64,000 bases of DNA from a virus. Position 1 is the stretch's first letter; each line of letters begins with the position of its first letter. The DNA is taken from the IMG/VR virus record IMGVR_UViG_3300034141_000082. The stretch is one strand, 5' to 3'. Below, piece by piece: positions 24,530-33,146 of the stretch. A model generated the notes under the pieces. It ran no database searches, was not told the origin of the DNA, and saw nothing but the letters and a program-made list of their open reading frames with translations. The translations under genes were made by a program, and so were the position numbers.

Positions 24530-24745
24530 TCAGGCGCCCAGCTCCACGGTGACGCCCAGCAGCTCGGCCGCCGCCTCGATGGCGTCGCGGAGGTAGGCGA
24601 CCTCGACCTCGTAGTCGGGAGCGTCTCGGGCCTCGTCGGTCGCCGTCTGGAAGATGTTGAGCAGCAGCTCACGGCGGGCCGCAGCAGCGGCGTCGATCCG
24701 GGCCTGGGTGGCCTGCTCGGCGAGCAGGCGCTCGGTGGGGGTCAT
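24530..24745 (-). CDS. Hypothetical helical protein
   Basis: ATGA overlap. Confidence 0.65.
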   Translation of the reverse strand: MTPTERLLAEQATQARIDAAAAARRELLLNIFQTATDEARDAPDYEVEVAYLRDAIEAAAELLGVTVELGA

Positions 24746-25008
24746 CGGGCGTCCACCGGCACGACGCTGACGTCCAGGACTTCCTGGACGAGGTCGGTGT
24801 CCTCGCGGCTGTCGATCCCGTAGGGCATGTCCTCGGCGACGGCGCTGCTGATGGCGGACGTCAGCTCGGCGAGCAAGTCGGTCCTGACCTCACCGTAGGC
24901 GTTCACAGTGGCGAGATCGACCTTCACCTTCACCAGGAAGGTAGCCTCCATCTGGACGATCTCGGGCTGGATGGGATTGCCGTCGGCGCCCTTCACCTTG
25001 CGTGCCAT
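24742..25008 (-). CDS. Hypothetical protein
   Basis: GAGGAG RBS. Confidence 0.65.
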   Translation of the reverse strand: MARKVKGADGNPIQPEIVQMEATFLVKVKVDLATVNAYGEVRTDLLAELTSAISSAVAEDMPYGIDSREDTDLVQEVLDVSVVPVDAR

Positions 25009-25024
25009 TTCGTACTCCTCTCGT

Positions 25025-25402
25025 TTACCACCAGTAGTGGATCAGGTACTCACCGGAGGGAAGATGTCCTTCGGCGACGAGGTAGCGCACCACCGACTCG
25101 GCGGACAGCGCGGGCACGTTGTCGTCCAACCAGCTGTTGCGCTGGAAGTCGTGCCGGAACTCCATGTGGTCCACCACGGATCGGTCGAATGCGAGGTAGT
25201 CGGCCACGGTCGGCGCGTCCTCGTCCTGCCAGGACTCGCCGCGGGTGTTGAAGGAGTCGTGGGTGTCCTGGCCGGCTCCCTCGTAGTGGGTGCGAGCGCG
25301 CATGCGGAGCGCGTCCCACTTGACGCCTAGCAGCTCGGTGACGAACTTGGTCAGGTCGTGGCAGTCGAGCACGTTGACCGTGCGGAATCGCAGCTCGCTC
25401 AT
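25025..25402 (-). CDS. Hypothetical protein
   Basis: AGGAGG RBS; ends in YLIHYWW. Confidence 0.7.
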   Translation of the reverse strand: MSELRFRTVNVLDCHDLTKFVTELLGVKWDALRMRARTHYEGAGQDTHDSFNTRGESWQDEDAPTVADYLAFDRSVVDHMEFRHDFQRNSWLDDNVPALSAESVVRYLVAEGHLPSGEYLIHYWW

Positions 25403-25413
25403 CTCGCCTCCTC

Positions 25414-25578
25414 TCAGTAGCCCCAGCCACAGCCGGGCGTCGAACAGTCGGCGCGACGCTCCACGTCGCCCTCACTTCCGGGGATCTCCACCCACCACCG
25501 GTGGACGGTGTCGTGCCCGCACTGCGGGCAACGGTTACGGGGCGCCGTAGTTGACGTAATGCTCGAATCGGGCGGCAT
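25414..25578 (-). CDS. Zn-ribbon peptide (not in ORF track)
   Basis: CPQCGH...CSTPGCGW; overlaps the upstream ORF by 44 nt. Confidence 0.5.
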   Translation of the reverse strand: MPPDSSITSTTAPRNRCPQCGHDTVHRWWVEIPGSEGDVERRADCSTPGCGWGY

Positions 25579-25699
25579 CGTCGATCACCTCGTCTGCGGT
25601 CTGGTGCTTCCGCTGGTCGTTGGCGGCCTCGCCCTGGTGGATTCGACTTGCGATCTCCAGTGCGGCGAGGCGAATCGTCTCCATCCGGTTGAGGCTCAT
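25535..25699 (-). CDS. Hypothetical protein (not in ORF track)
   Basis: MSLNRMETIRLAALEIA..; ATGA overlap. Confidence 0.55.
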   Translation of the reverse strand: MSLNRMETIRLAALEIASRIHQGEAANDQRKHQTADEVIDDAARFEHYVNYGAP

Positions 25700-26052
25700 C
25701 CGAACCTCAGATCGTCGAGCACGGTGAGCTGGATGATGACGTCGACTGCATCGGCGCCGAGGTCGTCGTTCCTGATGTCCTGCACGATGTCGCGCCGGAC
25801 TCCGGTCTCACCGGCGGCCACCTTGCGGGCGGTCGCGCGGAACTGGTCCCGGGTGAAGCTGTAGTCCTCGATGTCGCCGAAGCCGTCGGTGAACGCCACC
25901 AGGAAGGTGCCGTCACGCTCGCCGCCAACGACCTGACCGATGCCGTCCACGTACCAGTCCCAGCACTCGGCGCCGGAACCGAGAACGACATTGTCCACGT
26001 CCTCGTCGGTCCAGTCCGGAAGGGTCACGCTGTCGACCACGGGCCACCTCAT
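25696..26052 (-). CDS. Hypothetical phage protein
   Basis: D.GADAVDVIIQ..V....FG terminus; A-rich leader. Confidence 0.7.
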   Translation of the reverse strand: MRWPVVDSVTLPDWTDEDVDNVVLGSGAECWDWYVDGIGQVVGGERDGTFLVAFTDGFGDIEDYSFTRDQFRATARKVAAGETGVRRDIVQDIRNDDLGADAVDVIIQLTVLDDLRFG

Positions 26053-26132
26053 TTCTCATCTCGGATTTGTGTTTTATTTTTTACTTCGGCGGTCCCCCGG
26101 CCGGACTGGATAGCCCAGCCGGGTGACGCGCG

Positions 26133-27488
26133 TCAGGGAGCGGTGAGGGTGCGCAGGTGCGCGCGGATCTTCTCGTTGGCCTCGGCCTCGGTGAAGGCCG
26201 AGACGGCGTAGGAGCCGAAGTCGCCGACCTTGATCTGGAAGAATTGCTCACGCGGGGTGATTTTGACGGTGAGGTGCGGGTTGACGGCGGCGATAAAGCT
26301 GTCGTAGTCGCCGCACCAGTTCCTGCGGACCGCTTCGGCGGAGAGCATGCGGCTGATCGTGGCGATGTCGGCCGCGTGCGCGTCGGTCGGGGCGGCGGCC
26401 GGGTTGACGGCCGCGACGTTCCCGGCCTCGAACCAGCGGGCCTCGTGGTTGTCGAACTGGACGCGGAAGGGGACGGAGGACTCGTCGTCGTGGGTGATCG
26501 TGCCCTCGTCACCGATCTGGATGTAGCCGCCGACCTGGATGAGGGACCGCACGCGGTCGCCCACCTTCGGTCGGGCGGGAGCGACCGGCGTCGGAGTCGC
26601 GTCGGCCGGCTCCAGGTCCGTGGCGCGGAACCACCACTGCCTGTCGTCGCCCTCCATCCGCACCTGGAAGGGGATCGCCGTTGCGTCGTCCCGGACGATC
26701 TCACCGAAGTCGCCGGTGCTGACTCCGCTGTTGTCCAGGCTGTTGCTGACGATGCGGACCCGGTCCCCGACGCGGAGCCGGTTGGGAGCGGCCAGCTTGA
26801 ACCGCCAGGCGTACAAGCCTTCGTTCGTGACCCCGGTGGCGACGTTGCGCACGTCGACCATGCTGCCGCACTCCCCGATGATCTCGACCACGTCACCCTG
26901 GCTCAGTATGGAGAAGGTGGCGTTCCCCGGCTCCTCGGTGTTGGTCTTCAGGGTGACGCGGTCGCCCGTCCGTAGGGGTCGGCTCTCGGTGCTCGTGGTC
27001 ACGTTGGTGGCCTCCTCGCTCTCGGGGGCGTCCTCGCCCAGCCATTCGATGTGGTTGACGTTGGTCCAGCGGACCGGGCTGCGACCGTCGGAATCGGTGT
27101 ATTCGAGCTGGATCTCGCCGTCGCCGTCGGAGGTGTCGTCGTCGCGGAGACGGCCGACAATTCCGGCCTCGATCTGGCGGCCCTGGCTGTTCCGGTGGGT
27201 GCGGGTGATGCGGTAGTAGCCCGCCTCGTACTCCGTGCCACTGTCGTCGGAGCAGTCGCCGCAGTCGCAGTCGCCCGAGTCGTCCACCTCGTCGTCCTCG
27301 TCCACGTTGACCGCCTCCAGGTGTGAGTAGTGGATGAAGCCGCTGCCTCCGTCGCCGTACACGTACAGGTCGCCGTCGCTGTCCGGTCGGGCGGACTCGC
27401 GCAGCTCGACCAGCGTGCCCGCTGCGAAGCGGTCACCGCTGATGGTCACGCGGTACTGGCCGCGATGAAATGTGGTGTCGAGACTCAT
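26133..27488 (-). CDS. Tandem SH3/KOW-like repeat protein A
   Basis: Repeated (L/P)x(V/T)GDRV units; C-terminal EAVRRNWCGDY. Confidence 0.7.
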   Translation of the reverse strand: MSLDTTFHRGQYRVTISGDRFAAGTLVELRESARPDSDGDLYVYGDGGSGFIHYSHLEAVNVDEDDEVDDSGDCDCGDCSDDSGTEYEAGYYRITRTHRNSQGRQIEAGIVGRLRDDDTSDGDGEIQLEYTDSDGRSPVRWTNVNHIEWLGEDAPESEEATNVTTSTESRPLRTGDRVTLKTNTEEPGNATFSILSQGDVVEIIGECGSMVDVRNVATGVTNEGLYAWRFKLAAPNRLRVGDRVRIVSNSLDNSGVSTGDFGEIVRDDATAIPFQVRMEGDDRQWWFRATDLEPADATPTPVAPARPKVGDRVRSLIQVGGYIQIGDEGTITHDDESSVPFRVQFDNHEARWFEAGNVAAVNPAAAPTDAHAADIATISRMLSAEAVRRNWCGDYDSFIAAVNPHLTVKITPREQFFQIKVGDFGSYAVSAFTEAEANEKIRAHLRTLTAP

Positions 27489-27555
27489 TTCTGATTTCTC
27501 CTCTCTGACGTTCCACTGCCGGGCACCGACCGAAGCCGATGCCCGACAGAAGCCG

Positions 27556-29229
27556 TCAGTCCTCGTCGACCACGCAGACGTTGGAGAACCTGTCGTCGAT
27601 GTCCGTGATCTCCACGTCCTCCAGGTCGTCGTCGAACTCCAGCTCGCCGTCGGTGTTCAGGGAGTCGCAGGACGACCGCAGGTCGTAGACGTCCGGCGTG
27701 CTGCCGTCGGAAGCGCGAGCCCGGACGGTGTAGGTCCGGGTGATGGTGAACTCCACCAGCGGGTTCTGGCAGTACACGTCGGGGTCGATCCCGGCGTCCC
27801 GGAGCGTCTCCCGGACGACGGAGCACCAGTCGTGCTCGCGGGCGGCTTCCATCGCGTGCCTGGCGACGTTGCGCTTCAGCTCCTCGATGTTGCGCTCGTA
27901 CTCGGCGCGGACCTCCCGCTTGGCGTCGCGCACCTGCTGCGCGACCTGCTCGGCGGTGAACGTCTCGACGGCCGGGGCGGGCGTCTCGACGGCCGGGGCG
28001 GGCTCGGCTGCCTGCTCGAAGCCGGACTCGACCAGGTAGTAGTCGAAGGCCGGGGCGTCGTCGTATCCCAGGTTGCGGGGGTCGTGGTGCTTGTCCATCC
28101 GGACCTTCCAGGAGCTGCTGCTCCGGCCGACCAGCGTGCCCAGGTCGCCCACGGTCACGTTGGCGCCGTGGTTCCCGGTCTCGGTCACCCGGATGCGGTG
28201 CCCCACTGCCGGGAACGGGTCGGCGACGGCCGGGGCGGGCTCGATCTTCTCGAAGGTCCCCCCGCGCACGTCGTAGTCGGTGGCGATGTAGCAACCGCCT
28301 CCGTAGGCGCCGCCGTCGTGGGCCTCGTCGAACTGGACTCGCATGGAGCCGCCCGGCGTCCCGTGGCCGTCGAACTGGCTGACGGCGCCCAAGGAGCCGC
28401 GCGGCACGCCGTCCCAGCTCCTCGTGAGCCGCACGCGGTCGCCGATCGCGAAGCCGTGGAAGGTCAGCGGCGCGTCGACCACGGGCTCGCCGTCGGCGGC
28501 CACCGGCTCGGTCACGACCTTCTGGACGTACCCGAAGTAGGCCGGGTCGATCCGGTGGCGCTCCTGGTTGTCCAGTCGCTCGACGGTGAAGGTCTCGGCA
28601 CCGCGGGCGCGGACGACGCCGCGGGTGCCGCGGGGCGCGATCAGGTAGATGTCGGAGGTCACGACCTCGACGATGTCGCCTTCGTTCACGTCCATGCTGT
28701 TGGTGATCGGGACCAGTCGCTCGGTGGTGGCGGGGGCATCGGTGGTGGCGGTCATCTCGGATGACTCCTCTCGATCGGAGGGAAGGTCGGGGGTGACGAT
28801 GGTGAGAAGGCGACGGGTCCACATGAAGGGCGCGAAACCCTCGCCGTCGGGACGCTCGTCCAGCGGCTTCAGCCAGCTGTGACCGGCGGAGGACCGGCCG
28901 GGCCACGGGAGGACCTGCGCCCGGAAGCCGGTCCAGGTCGGGCCGTGGTGGGGGAGGGGGTCCGTGATGGAGACGATGTCGCCGGGCTCGAACGTTCCAG
29001 CGGGGCGGACCAGCGTGAGGTTCTCGGTGGACCAGTTGAAACCGTCTCGCCTACGGACGTCGGGGCGGTCGGCCAGCGGAACCAGCCAGGTCTGATCGGA
29101 CTGAGTGCGGCCGGGATCACGCTCGTCCACCTGAGCCAGGAAGCCGTCCCAACCGAGATCCAGCCAGTCCTGGTGCGACTGGACGCAGATCCGGACGATG
29201 TCCCCGACGTTGAACGGGCCGCCGCTCAC
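27556..29229 (-). CDS. Tandem SH3/KOW-like repeat protein B
   Basis: FNVGDIV, FEPGDIV, VNEGDIV, FAIGDRV, AVGHRI; C-terminal EAAREHDWCSVV. Confidence 0.7.
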   Translation of the reverse strand: MSGGPFNVGDIVRICVQSHQDWLDLGWDGFLAQVDERDPGRTQSDQTWLVPLADRPDVRRRDGFNWSTENLTLVRPAGTFEPGDIVSITDPLPHHGPTWTGFRAQVLPWPGRSSAGHSWLKPLDERPDGEGFAPFMWTRRLLTIVTPDLPSDREESSEMTATTDAPATTERLVPITNSMDVNEGDIVEVVTSDIYLIAPRGTRGVVRARGAETFTVERLDNQERHRIDPAYFGYVQKVVTEPVAADGEPVVDAPLTFHGFAIGDRVRLTRSWDGVPRGSLGAVSQFDGHGTPGGSMRVQFDEAHDGGAYGGGCYIATDYDVRGGTFEKIEPAPAVADPFPAVGHRIRVTETGNHGANVTVGDLGTLVGRSSSSWKVRMDKHHDPRNLGYDDAPAFDYYLVESGFEQAAEPAPAVETPAPAVETFTAEQVAQQVRDAKREVRAEYERNIEELKRNVARHAMEAAREHDWCSVVRETLRDAGIDPDVYCQNPLVEFTITRTYTVRARASDGSTPDVYDLRSSCDSLNTDGELEFDDDLEDVEITDIDDRFSNVCVVDED

Positions 29230-29387
29230 TTGCTGGCCTTGACGAACCGGCCCTTGCTGTCGCGCGCCGGTCCCTTCGGCTTCGGCTTGAAAGTGGCCGC
29301 CGCGATGCGCGCCACGATCTCGGTGTGGTTCATCGTCGGCTTGTGGATGGTGTGGGCGCGCCGGGCGCGCGGGGGAGCGTAGACCAT
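29226..29387 (-). CDS. Small basic protein with RDxKGRF motif (not in ORF track)
   Basis: MVYAPPRARR...ARDSKGRFVKASK; GTGA overlap downstream. Confidence 0.6.
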   Translation of the reverse strand: MVYAPPRARRAHTIHKPTMNHTEIVARIAAATFKPKPKGPARDSKGRFVKASK

Positions 29388-29422
29388 CTCCGATCTCTCC
29401 AATCTCTGATATTTGCTCTCAG

Positions 29423-29471
29423 TATTAGTATCGGCTCAACGTTCACCGGACTCTAGCCGCCATTCGGGTGA
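29423..29471 (-). promoter_or_regulatory. Repeated promoter-like motif
   Basis: TCACCCGAATGG N26 CGATACTAAT. Confidence 0.7.
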
Positions 29472-29473
29472 CG

Positions 29474-29656
29474 CTAGTACATGCTCTTTCGAAGCAGAGT
29501 GTCCCTCGCTCGCACTTGCGCGAGCGTCGTCATCTTCTTCTCCAGCTCGCGCCATCTGGCCTCTCGGGAGGCAATGATCCGGCGCTCGTAAACCAGACCG
29601 AAGACGAAGATGGCGACGACTGCCACACCGACGAAGACGAGGAGCGGATCGCTCAC
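29474..29656 (-). CDS. Small membrane protein
   Basis: N-terminal TM. Confidence 0.6.
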   Translation of the reverse strand: MSDPLLVFVGVAVVAIFVFGLVYERRIIASREARWRELEKKMTTLAQVRARDTLLRKSMY

Positions 29657-30099
29657 AGCTCGGCGCGCGGGCCGGTGAACGACTCCACCGTGACGTCCCC
29701 GGCCAGCTCGGATCGGGTGGACGGCACGCGGTCGTCCCCGGCGGCAGCGGTCACGAAGATGGGCTGTCCGATGGTGACCGCGATGGTGTCCTGGTCGAAC
29801 GCGCGGGCCACCTCGGCGAGCTCCTCGACCAGCTTGGAGAGGTAAGGCCGGGGCGTGAACAGCGTCCAGATGGTCGAGTCCTCCGGCACGCCGTTCCAGA
29901 TGCCGGTGCCGGAGTGGATGGTGTCGTGACGGCCGACCGTCGCGCCGATGGCGAACGAGACGACGGAGCGGAAGGTCAGCCAGTCGTCGTCGGACATCGG
30001 GGTGGAGCCGACGTTGCGGCCGACGGAGATGGTCAGCGTGTTGCCGGGCAGGATCTCGGGTGCGACCACGGGGAGTCGGCCGTTCGGGTTGCTGCGCAT
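29653..30099 (-). CDS. Hypothetical phage protein
   Basis: TISVGRN..PM...W..F..G.G.W.G..E...F.QD.IA pattern. Confidence 0.7.
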   Translation of the reverse strand: MRSNPNGRLPVVAPEILPGNTLTISVGRNVGSTPMSDDDWLTFRSVVSFAIGATVGRHDTIHSGTGIWNGVPEDSTIWTLFTPRPYLSKLVEELAEVARAFDQDTIAVTIGQPIFVTAAAGDDRVPSTRSELAGDVTVESFTGPRAEL

Positions 30100-30199
30100 A
30101 TCGGCACCTTCTTTCATCTGTGATGTATGGGGGAGTGTTGTCCGATGGACACTACGATCCACCGACTTGCCCAGCCGATGAACCATAGAGAGCAGCGGA

Positions 30200-30511
30200 T
30201 TAGTAGTCGAGGTTCTGCGAGCGGTAGAAGTCGACCAGCCTGGAGAGAACCTTGCCAGCGAAAATCAGGTCGTCATCGGTGATACGGCCGAAGTCGTGCT
30301 GGAAGCGAAGCTCAGTAGCAAGGAAATCGTCCGAGCCGAACGCGCATACCGGGCTGTGTCGATACTGCCATTCGGCCGGGATCTCCTCGGCACTCGCGTG
30401 CCAGAGGACATCGGCCACCGAGAAGAATGCGTTGAGGGCGGAACCCCAGGGATCGAAGCCGTCGTCGATCTCACGGAACAGTGCGAGTGCGGGATTCTTC
30501 GTCTTGACCAT
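30200..30511 (-). CDS. Hypothetical phage protein
   Basis: DPWG...F.VA.VL...W.YR pattern; GGAGG RBS. Confidence 0.7.
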   Translation of the reverse strand: MVKTKNPALALFREIDDGFDPWGSALNAFFSVADVLWHASAEEIPAEWQYRHSPVCAFGSDDFLATELRFQHDFGRITDDDLIFAGKVLSRLVDFYRSQNLDY

Positions 30512-30512
30512 C

Positions 30513-30758
30513 TCAAACCTCCGATGCGAAGAACTTGCGAACCCATTCGGTGCCGAACTTGCCGAATCGGCTGGGGTCGGTCACGAATGTCTGGGAGCCG
30601 TCGGGCAGGACCATGACGACGGGGCCGCCGTACGTGCTGCCGACGAATTGGATCTTCTGAGTGGGGTCGTCGCCGTAGGTGACATCGGCGGTGACGCTGA
30701 ATTGCCCAGCGATTCCCGCGTGGCGCCGGACGTTCTCGACCTTGGATTTCCACTGCAT
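30513..30758 (-). CDS. Hypothetical phage protein
   Basis: FVGSTYGGPVVM...TFVTDP.RFG; GGAGG RBS. Confidence 0.7.
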   Translation of the reverse strand: MQWKSKVENVRRHAGIAGQFSVTADVTYGDDPTQKIQFVGSTYGGPVVMVLPDGSQTFVTDPSRFGKFGTEWVRKFFASEV

Positions 30759-30821
30759 ATCTCAGTCCTCCGAATGTCTAATCTCTGATATCTCGGCACG
30801 TTCCTTACTGCCTCACTGCTT

Positions 30822-30868
30822 AATGTATCGGCCAGCTGAGCCGGGGAATTAATCCGCCATTCGGGTGA
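30822..30868 (-). promoter_or_regulatory. Repeated promoter-like motif
   Basis: TCACCCGAATGG N26 CGATACATT. Confidence 0.75.
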
Positions 30869-31007
30869 CGCTACAGGACGCTGTAGCCCTCACGCTCGAA
30901 GTGGCTCCGGCGCACGCTGTGCTCCGTTCGGTCGATGCACGCCCACCGGATCTCCCGCTCACCCTTGCGAGCGATGATGGTCAGCGCCGGATCGGCGCCA
31001 GCCAGTC

Positions 31008-31691
31008 TCACGCCGCACCGATGTAGTCGGCGAGCTGGGCCTGGTCTGCGATTGCGTCCAGAGCTGCGGCCCGGATCTGCGGCGTGATCATGACGATGGG
31101 CAGACCCTTGGCCGTGAGGTACTGCCGGATCACCGCGTCCTGCTCCTCGCGTCGCGTCAGCGGCTTGACCGGCTTGACCGGCTTCTCTCCGGTGGTCTGA
31201 GCCGGGACAACCGCCGTGGGGTCGGCGGTCGTCCCAGCGGTTTCGGTGGAGTCGACGTCGGCCGTGGCGACCGTGACGTCATTCTCCTGAACGGGCCGAC
31301 CGTGATAGTCGTCGTCAACCCAGACTGCCGAGTAGGTGATCTGTCCGGCAGCCGCCAGCCCGTAGCGGGCACGATCTTCTGCCGTCACGCTGGACTCCCG
31401 AACGATCATCTCGTCTCGCATGAGGACTCGGCGCATCGTCGGCCGGACCTCGGCATCCTCGGGAATGTCGTCGGTAACCCTACCCGATCCCAACGGGCTG
31501 ACGTTCGGCGCCGTGGACCAGGAGTAGACCTTTCGGCCCGCCGTGAGGGAACGCCGTCCCAGCGGCATCGGGTCGTTGTCCGGGATGATGAAGGATTTGC
31601 GACCAACCGTCATCGTCTCGCCCCGGTCGACGATGCCGGGCGTGTAGCGGTAGACCGGAGGAGCGGAGCGGTGATTGCCTCGCTTGCCCAT
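31008..31691 (-). CDS. Hypothetical protein
   Basis: Start-associated leader and GAGG RBS. Confidence 0.65.
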   Translation of the reverse strand: MGKRGNHRSAPPVYRYTPGIVDRGETMTVGRKSFIIPDNDPMPLGRRSLTAGRKVYSWSTAPNVSPLGSGRVTDDIPEDAEVRPTMRRVLMRDEMIVRESSVTAEDRARYGLAAAGQITYSAVWVDDDYHGRPVQENDVTVATADVDSTETAGTTADPTAVVPAQTTGEKPVKPVKPLTRREEQDAVIRQYLTAKGLPIVMITPQIRAAALDAIADQAQLADYIGAA

Positions 31692-31736
31692 GATCCGTAC
31701 CTCTTTCATCTCTGATTTGTGATTGCGTCTCTGAGT

Positions 31737-31782
31737 ATGTTATCGGCTTGTGTAGCGGACACTTAAGCCGCCATTCGGGTGA
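31737..31782 (-). promoter_or_regulatory. Repeated promoter-like motif
   Basis: TCACCCGAATGG N25 CGATAACAT. Confidence 0.75.
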
Positions 31783-31787
31783 CGTTC

Positions 31788-31922
31788 CTAGCGGATGCCC
31801 AGCTCACGGCGGATGTGCGAGGAGGGACGGCCGGTCGCGCGGGAGATCTGGTGGACGGCCCGGTTGGAGCGGGTGCCCTGGGCCATCGCGAGACGGTACG
31901 CAGCCTTGATGTCGATCAACAT
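31788..31922 (-). CDS. Small HTH-like peptide
   Basis: AVHQISRATGRPSSHIRRELG. Confidence 0.55.
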   Translation of the reverse strand: MLIDIKAAYRLAMAQGTRSNRAVHQISRATGRPSSHIRRELGIR

Positions 31923-31938
31923 GTCGGATCTCTCTTTC

Positions 31939-32015
31939 ATCTGTGATGTATAGGTGGCCTGCCCACCATAGCCAGGCTCAACCATAGTTGAGCTTGACTA
32001 AAGCCGTCAGGTCAG
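31939..32015 (-). repeat. ~77-bp intergenic direct repeat, copy A
   Basis: Closely matches 32324-32401; contains hairpins. Confidence 0.85.
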
Positions 32016-32311
32016 TAGTCCAGCGGACCGGCGCACATTCCGCAGGTGGAGTCCTCGGGCAGGTCGGCCCCGAGAACGATCTTGGGGAAGTCGCCCGAGT
32101 CGAACGACTCTTCGTCGGCCCGATCGATCTGGAAAGCCGCCGCGATTTCATCCAAGTTGTCCTCGGCAGTCACGTCGCCCATCCAGTCGGCCTTGACCAT
32201 CGCCCAACCGTCGTACTTCTCACCCTCGCCCGTGGGGAGAGCTTCCCCGATGCATCCGGGGCAGTACAGGTCGGCGTTGAACGTGTAGGCCACGATCGCG
32301 GTGAGTCGCAT
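32012..32311 (-). CDS. Hypothetical Zn-binding phage protein
   Basis: ADLYCPGC...IDRADEESFDSGDFPK...CGMC. Confidence 0.7.
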   Translation of the reverse strand: MRLTAIVAYTFNADLYCPGCIGEALPTGEGEKYDGWAMVKADWMGDVTAEDNLDEIAAAFQIDRADEESFDSGDFPKIVLGADLPEDSTCGMCAGPLDY

Positions 32312-32323
32312 GTCGGTTGCCCA

Positions 32324-32401
32324 ATCTGTGATGTGTATAGGTGGCCTGCCCACCATAGCCACTCTCACCATAGGTGAGGATGACTAAAGCTGTCAGGTCA
32401 G
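32324..32401 (-). repeat. ~78-bp intergenic direct repeat, copy B
   Basis: Closely matches 31939-32015. Confidence 0.85.
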
Positions 32402-32517
32402 AGCTTGATGTCGAGAACGGTTCCCTCGCAGGCGTTCGTCATTGCGACGATTCGCGCACGGTCGGCCGGGCTCATGTTGCGGAAGATTCGAGCTATCTGG
32501 TCGGGTGGGGGGAGCAT
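32398..32517 (-). CDS. 39-aa hypothetical peptide (not in ORF track)
   Basis: MLPPPDQIARIFRNMSPADRARIVAM... Confidence 0.5.
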   Translation of the reverse strand: MLPPPDQIARIFRNMSPADRARIVAMTNACEGTVLDIKL

Positions 32518-32523
32518 GACGGG

Positions 32524-32673
32524 TCAGCCCTTCAATTCGTTGAGAACGGTACTCCAGGTGCCCATCGGGGCGATGTGGGAAGGTGCGACGGCGCCGCACC
32601 CCCTGCACTCACGTGTTCGGCGGGAGTGGGATTCGTGGGTGCCCAGGACGGGGCACGTACCGATCTCAGCCAC
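32524..32673 (-). CDS. Small Cys/His peptide
   Basis: CPVLGTH..H...CRGC. Confidence 0.5.
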   Translation of the reverse strand: MAEIGTCPVLGTHESHSRRTRECRGCGAVAPSHIAPMGTWSTVLNELKG

Positions 32674-32806
32674 GGTGAGCGTACTTGGAGTCGATGTTGA
32701 CCGTGGGATCACCCCAGGGATCGACGTAGGTCGCTGCGACGTGGTCCTCGTAGGGGTGGTGCGGGTAACCGCAGGAGGAGCAGGTGGGAACCTTTCGCAC
32801 GCCCAT
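32666..32806 (-). CDS. Small Cys/His peptide (not in ORF track)
   Basis: MGVRKVPTCSSCGYPH; start-associated leader. Confidence 0.55.
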   Translation of the reverse strand: MGVRKVPTCSSCGYPHHPYEDHVAATYVDPWGDPTVNIDSKYAHRG

Positions 32807-32843
32807 GATCGTTCTCTCTCTCATCTGTGATGTATGGGATGTA

Positions 32844-33044
32844 TCAGGAGACTGCGAGCAGTGCGGCAGTCAGACGCTCGTTCTGTGCGGTCAATCTTTC
32901 GATTTCTGCAACCATCGCACGCACATCACGGGCGACACTACCAGCGGTACCCGAGACGTTCGCGCAAGTAACGGTGTCATTCGGGTGCGCTTGTCCTACT
33001 GCCCAGAGAAACGAACCGGGGGCCGGTGCCAATTCGGTTGCCAT
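32844..33044 (-). CDS. Hypothetical protein
   Basis: First gene after the 33100 promoter motif; start-associated leader. Confidence 0.6.
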   Translation of the reverse strand: MATELAPAPGSFLWAVGQAHPNDTVTCANVSGTAGSVARDVRAMVAEIERLTAQNERLTAALLAVS

Positions 33045-33099
33045 GATCCGTTCTCTCTTTCATCTGTGATGTATGGGGCGGTTCGCTTGGCTTCTAGTT

Positions 33100-33146
33100 C
33101 TATTATCGGCTGCTGCCCTATCTTACTGTATAGCCCATCTGGGTGA
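33100..33146 (-). promoter_or_regulatory. Repeated promoter-like motif (variant)
   Basis: TCACCCAGATGG N26 CGATAATAG. Confidence 0.65.

Noticed and set aside
25414-25578. Possible frameshift joining two Zn-knuckle halves
   Set aside because: On re-reading, both halves are in a single open frame.
31939-32401. Direct repeats as a mini-CRISPR or IS ends
   Set aside because: Only two copies, about 77 bp, flanking a 300-bp gene; no transposase or terminal inverted repeats.
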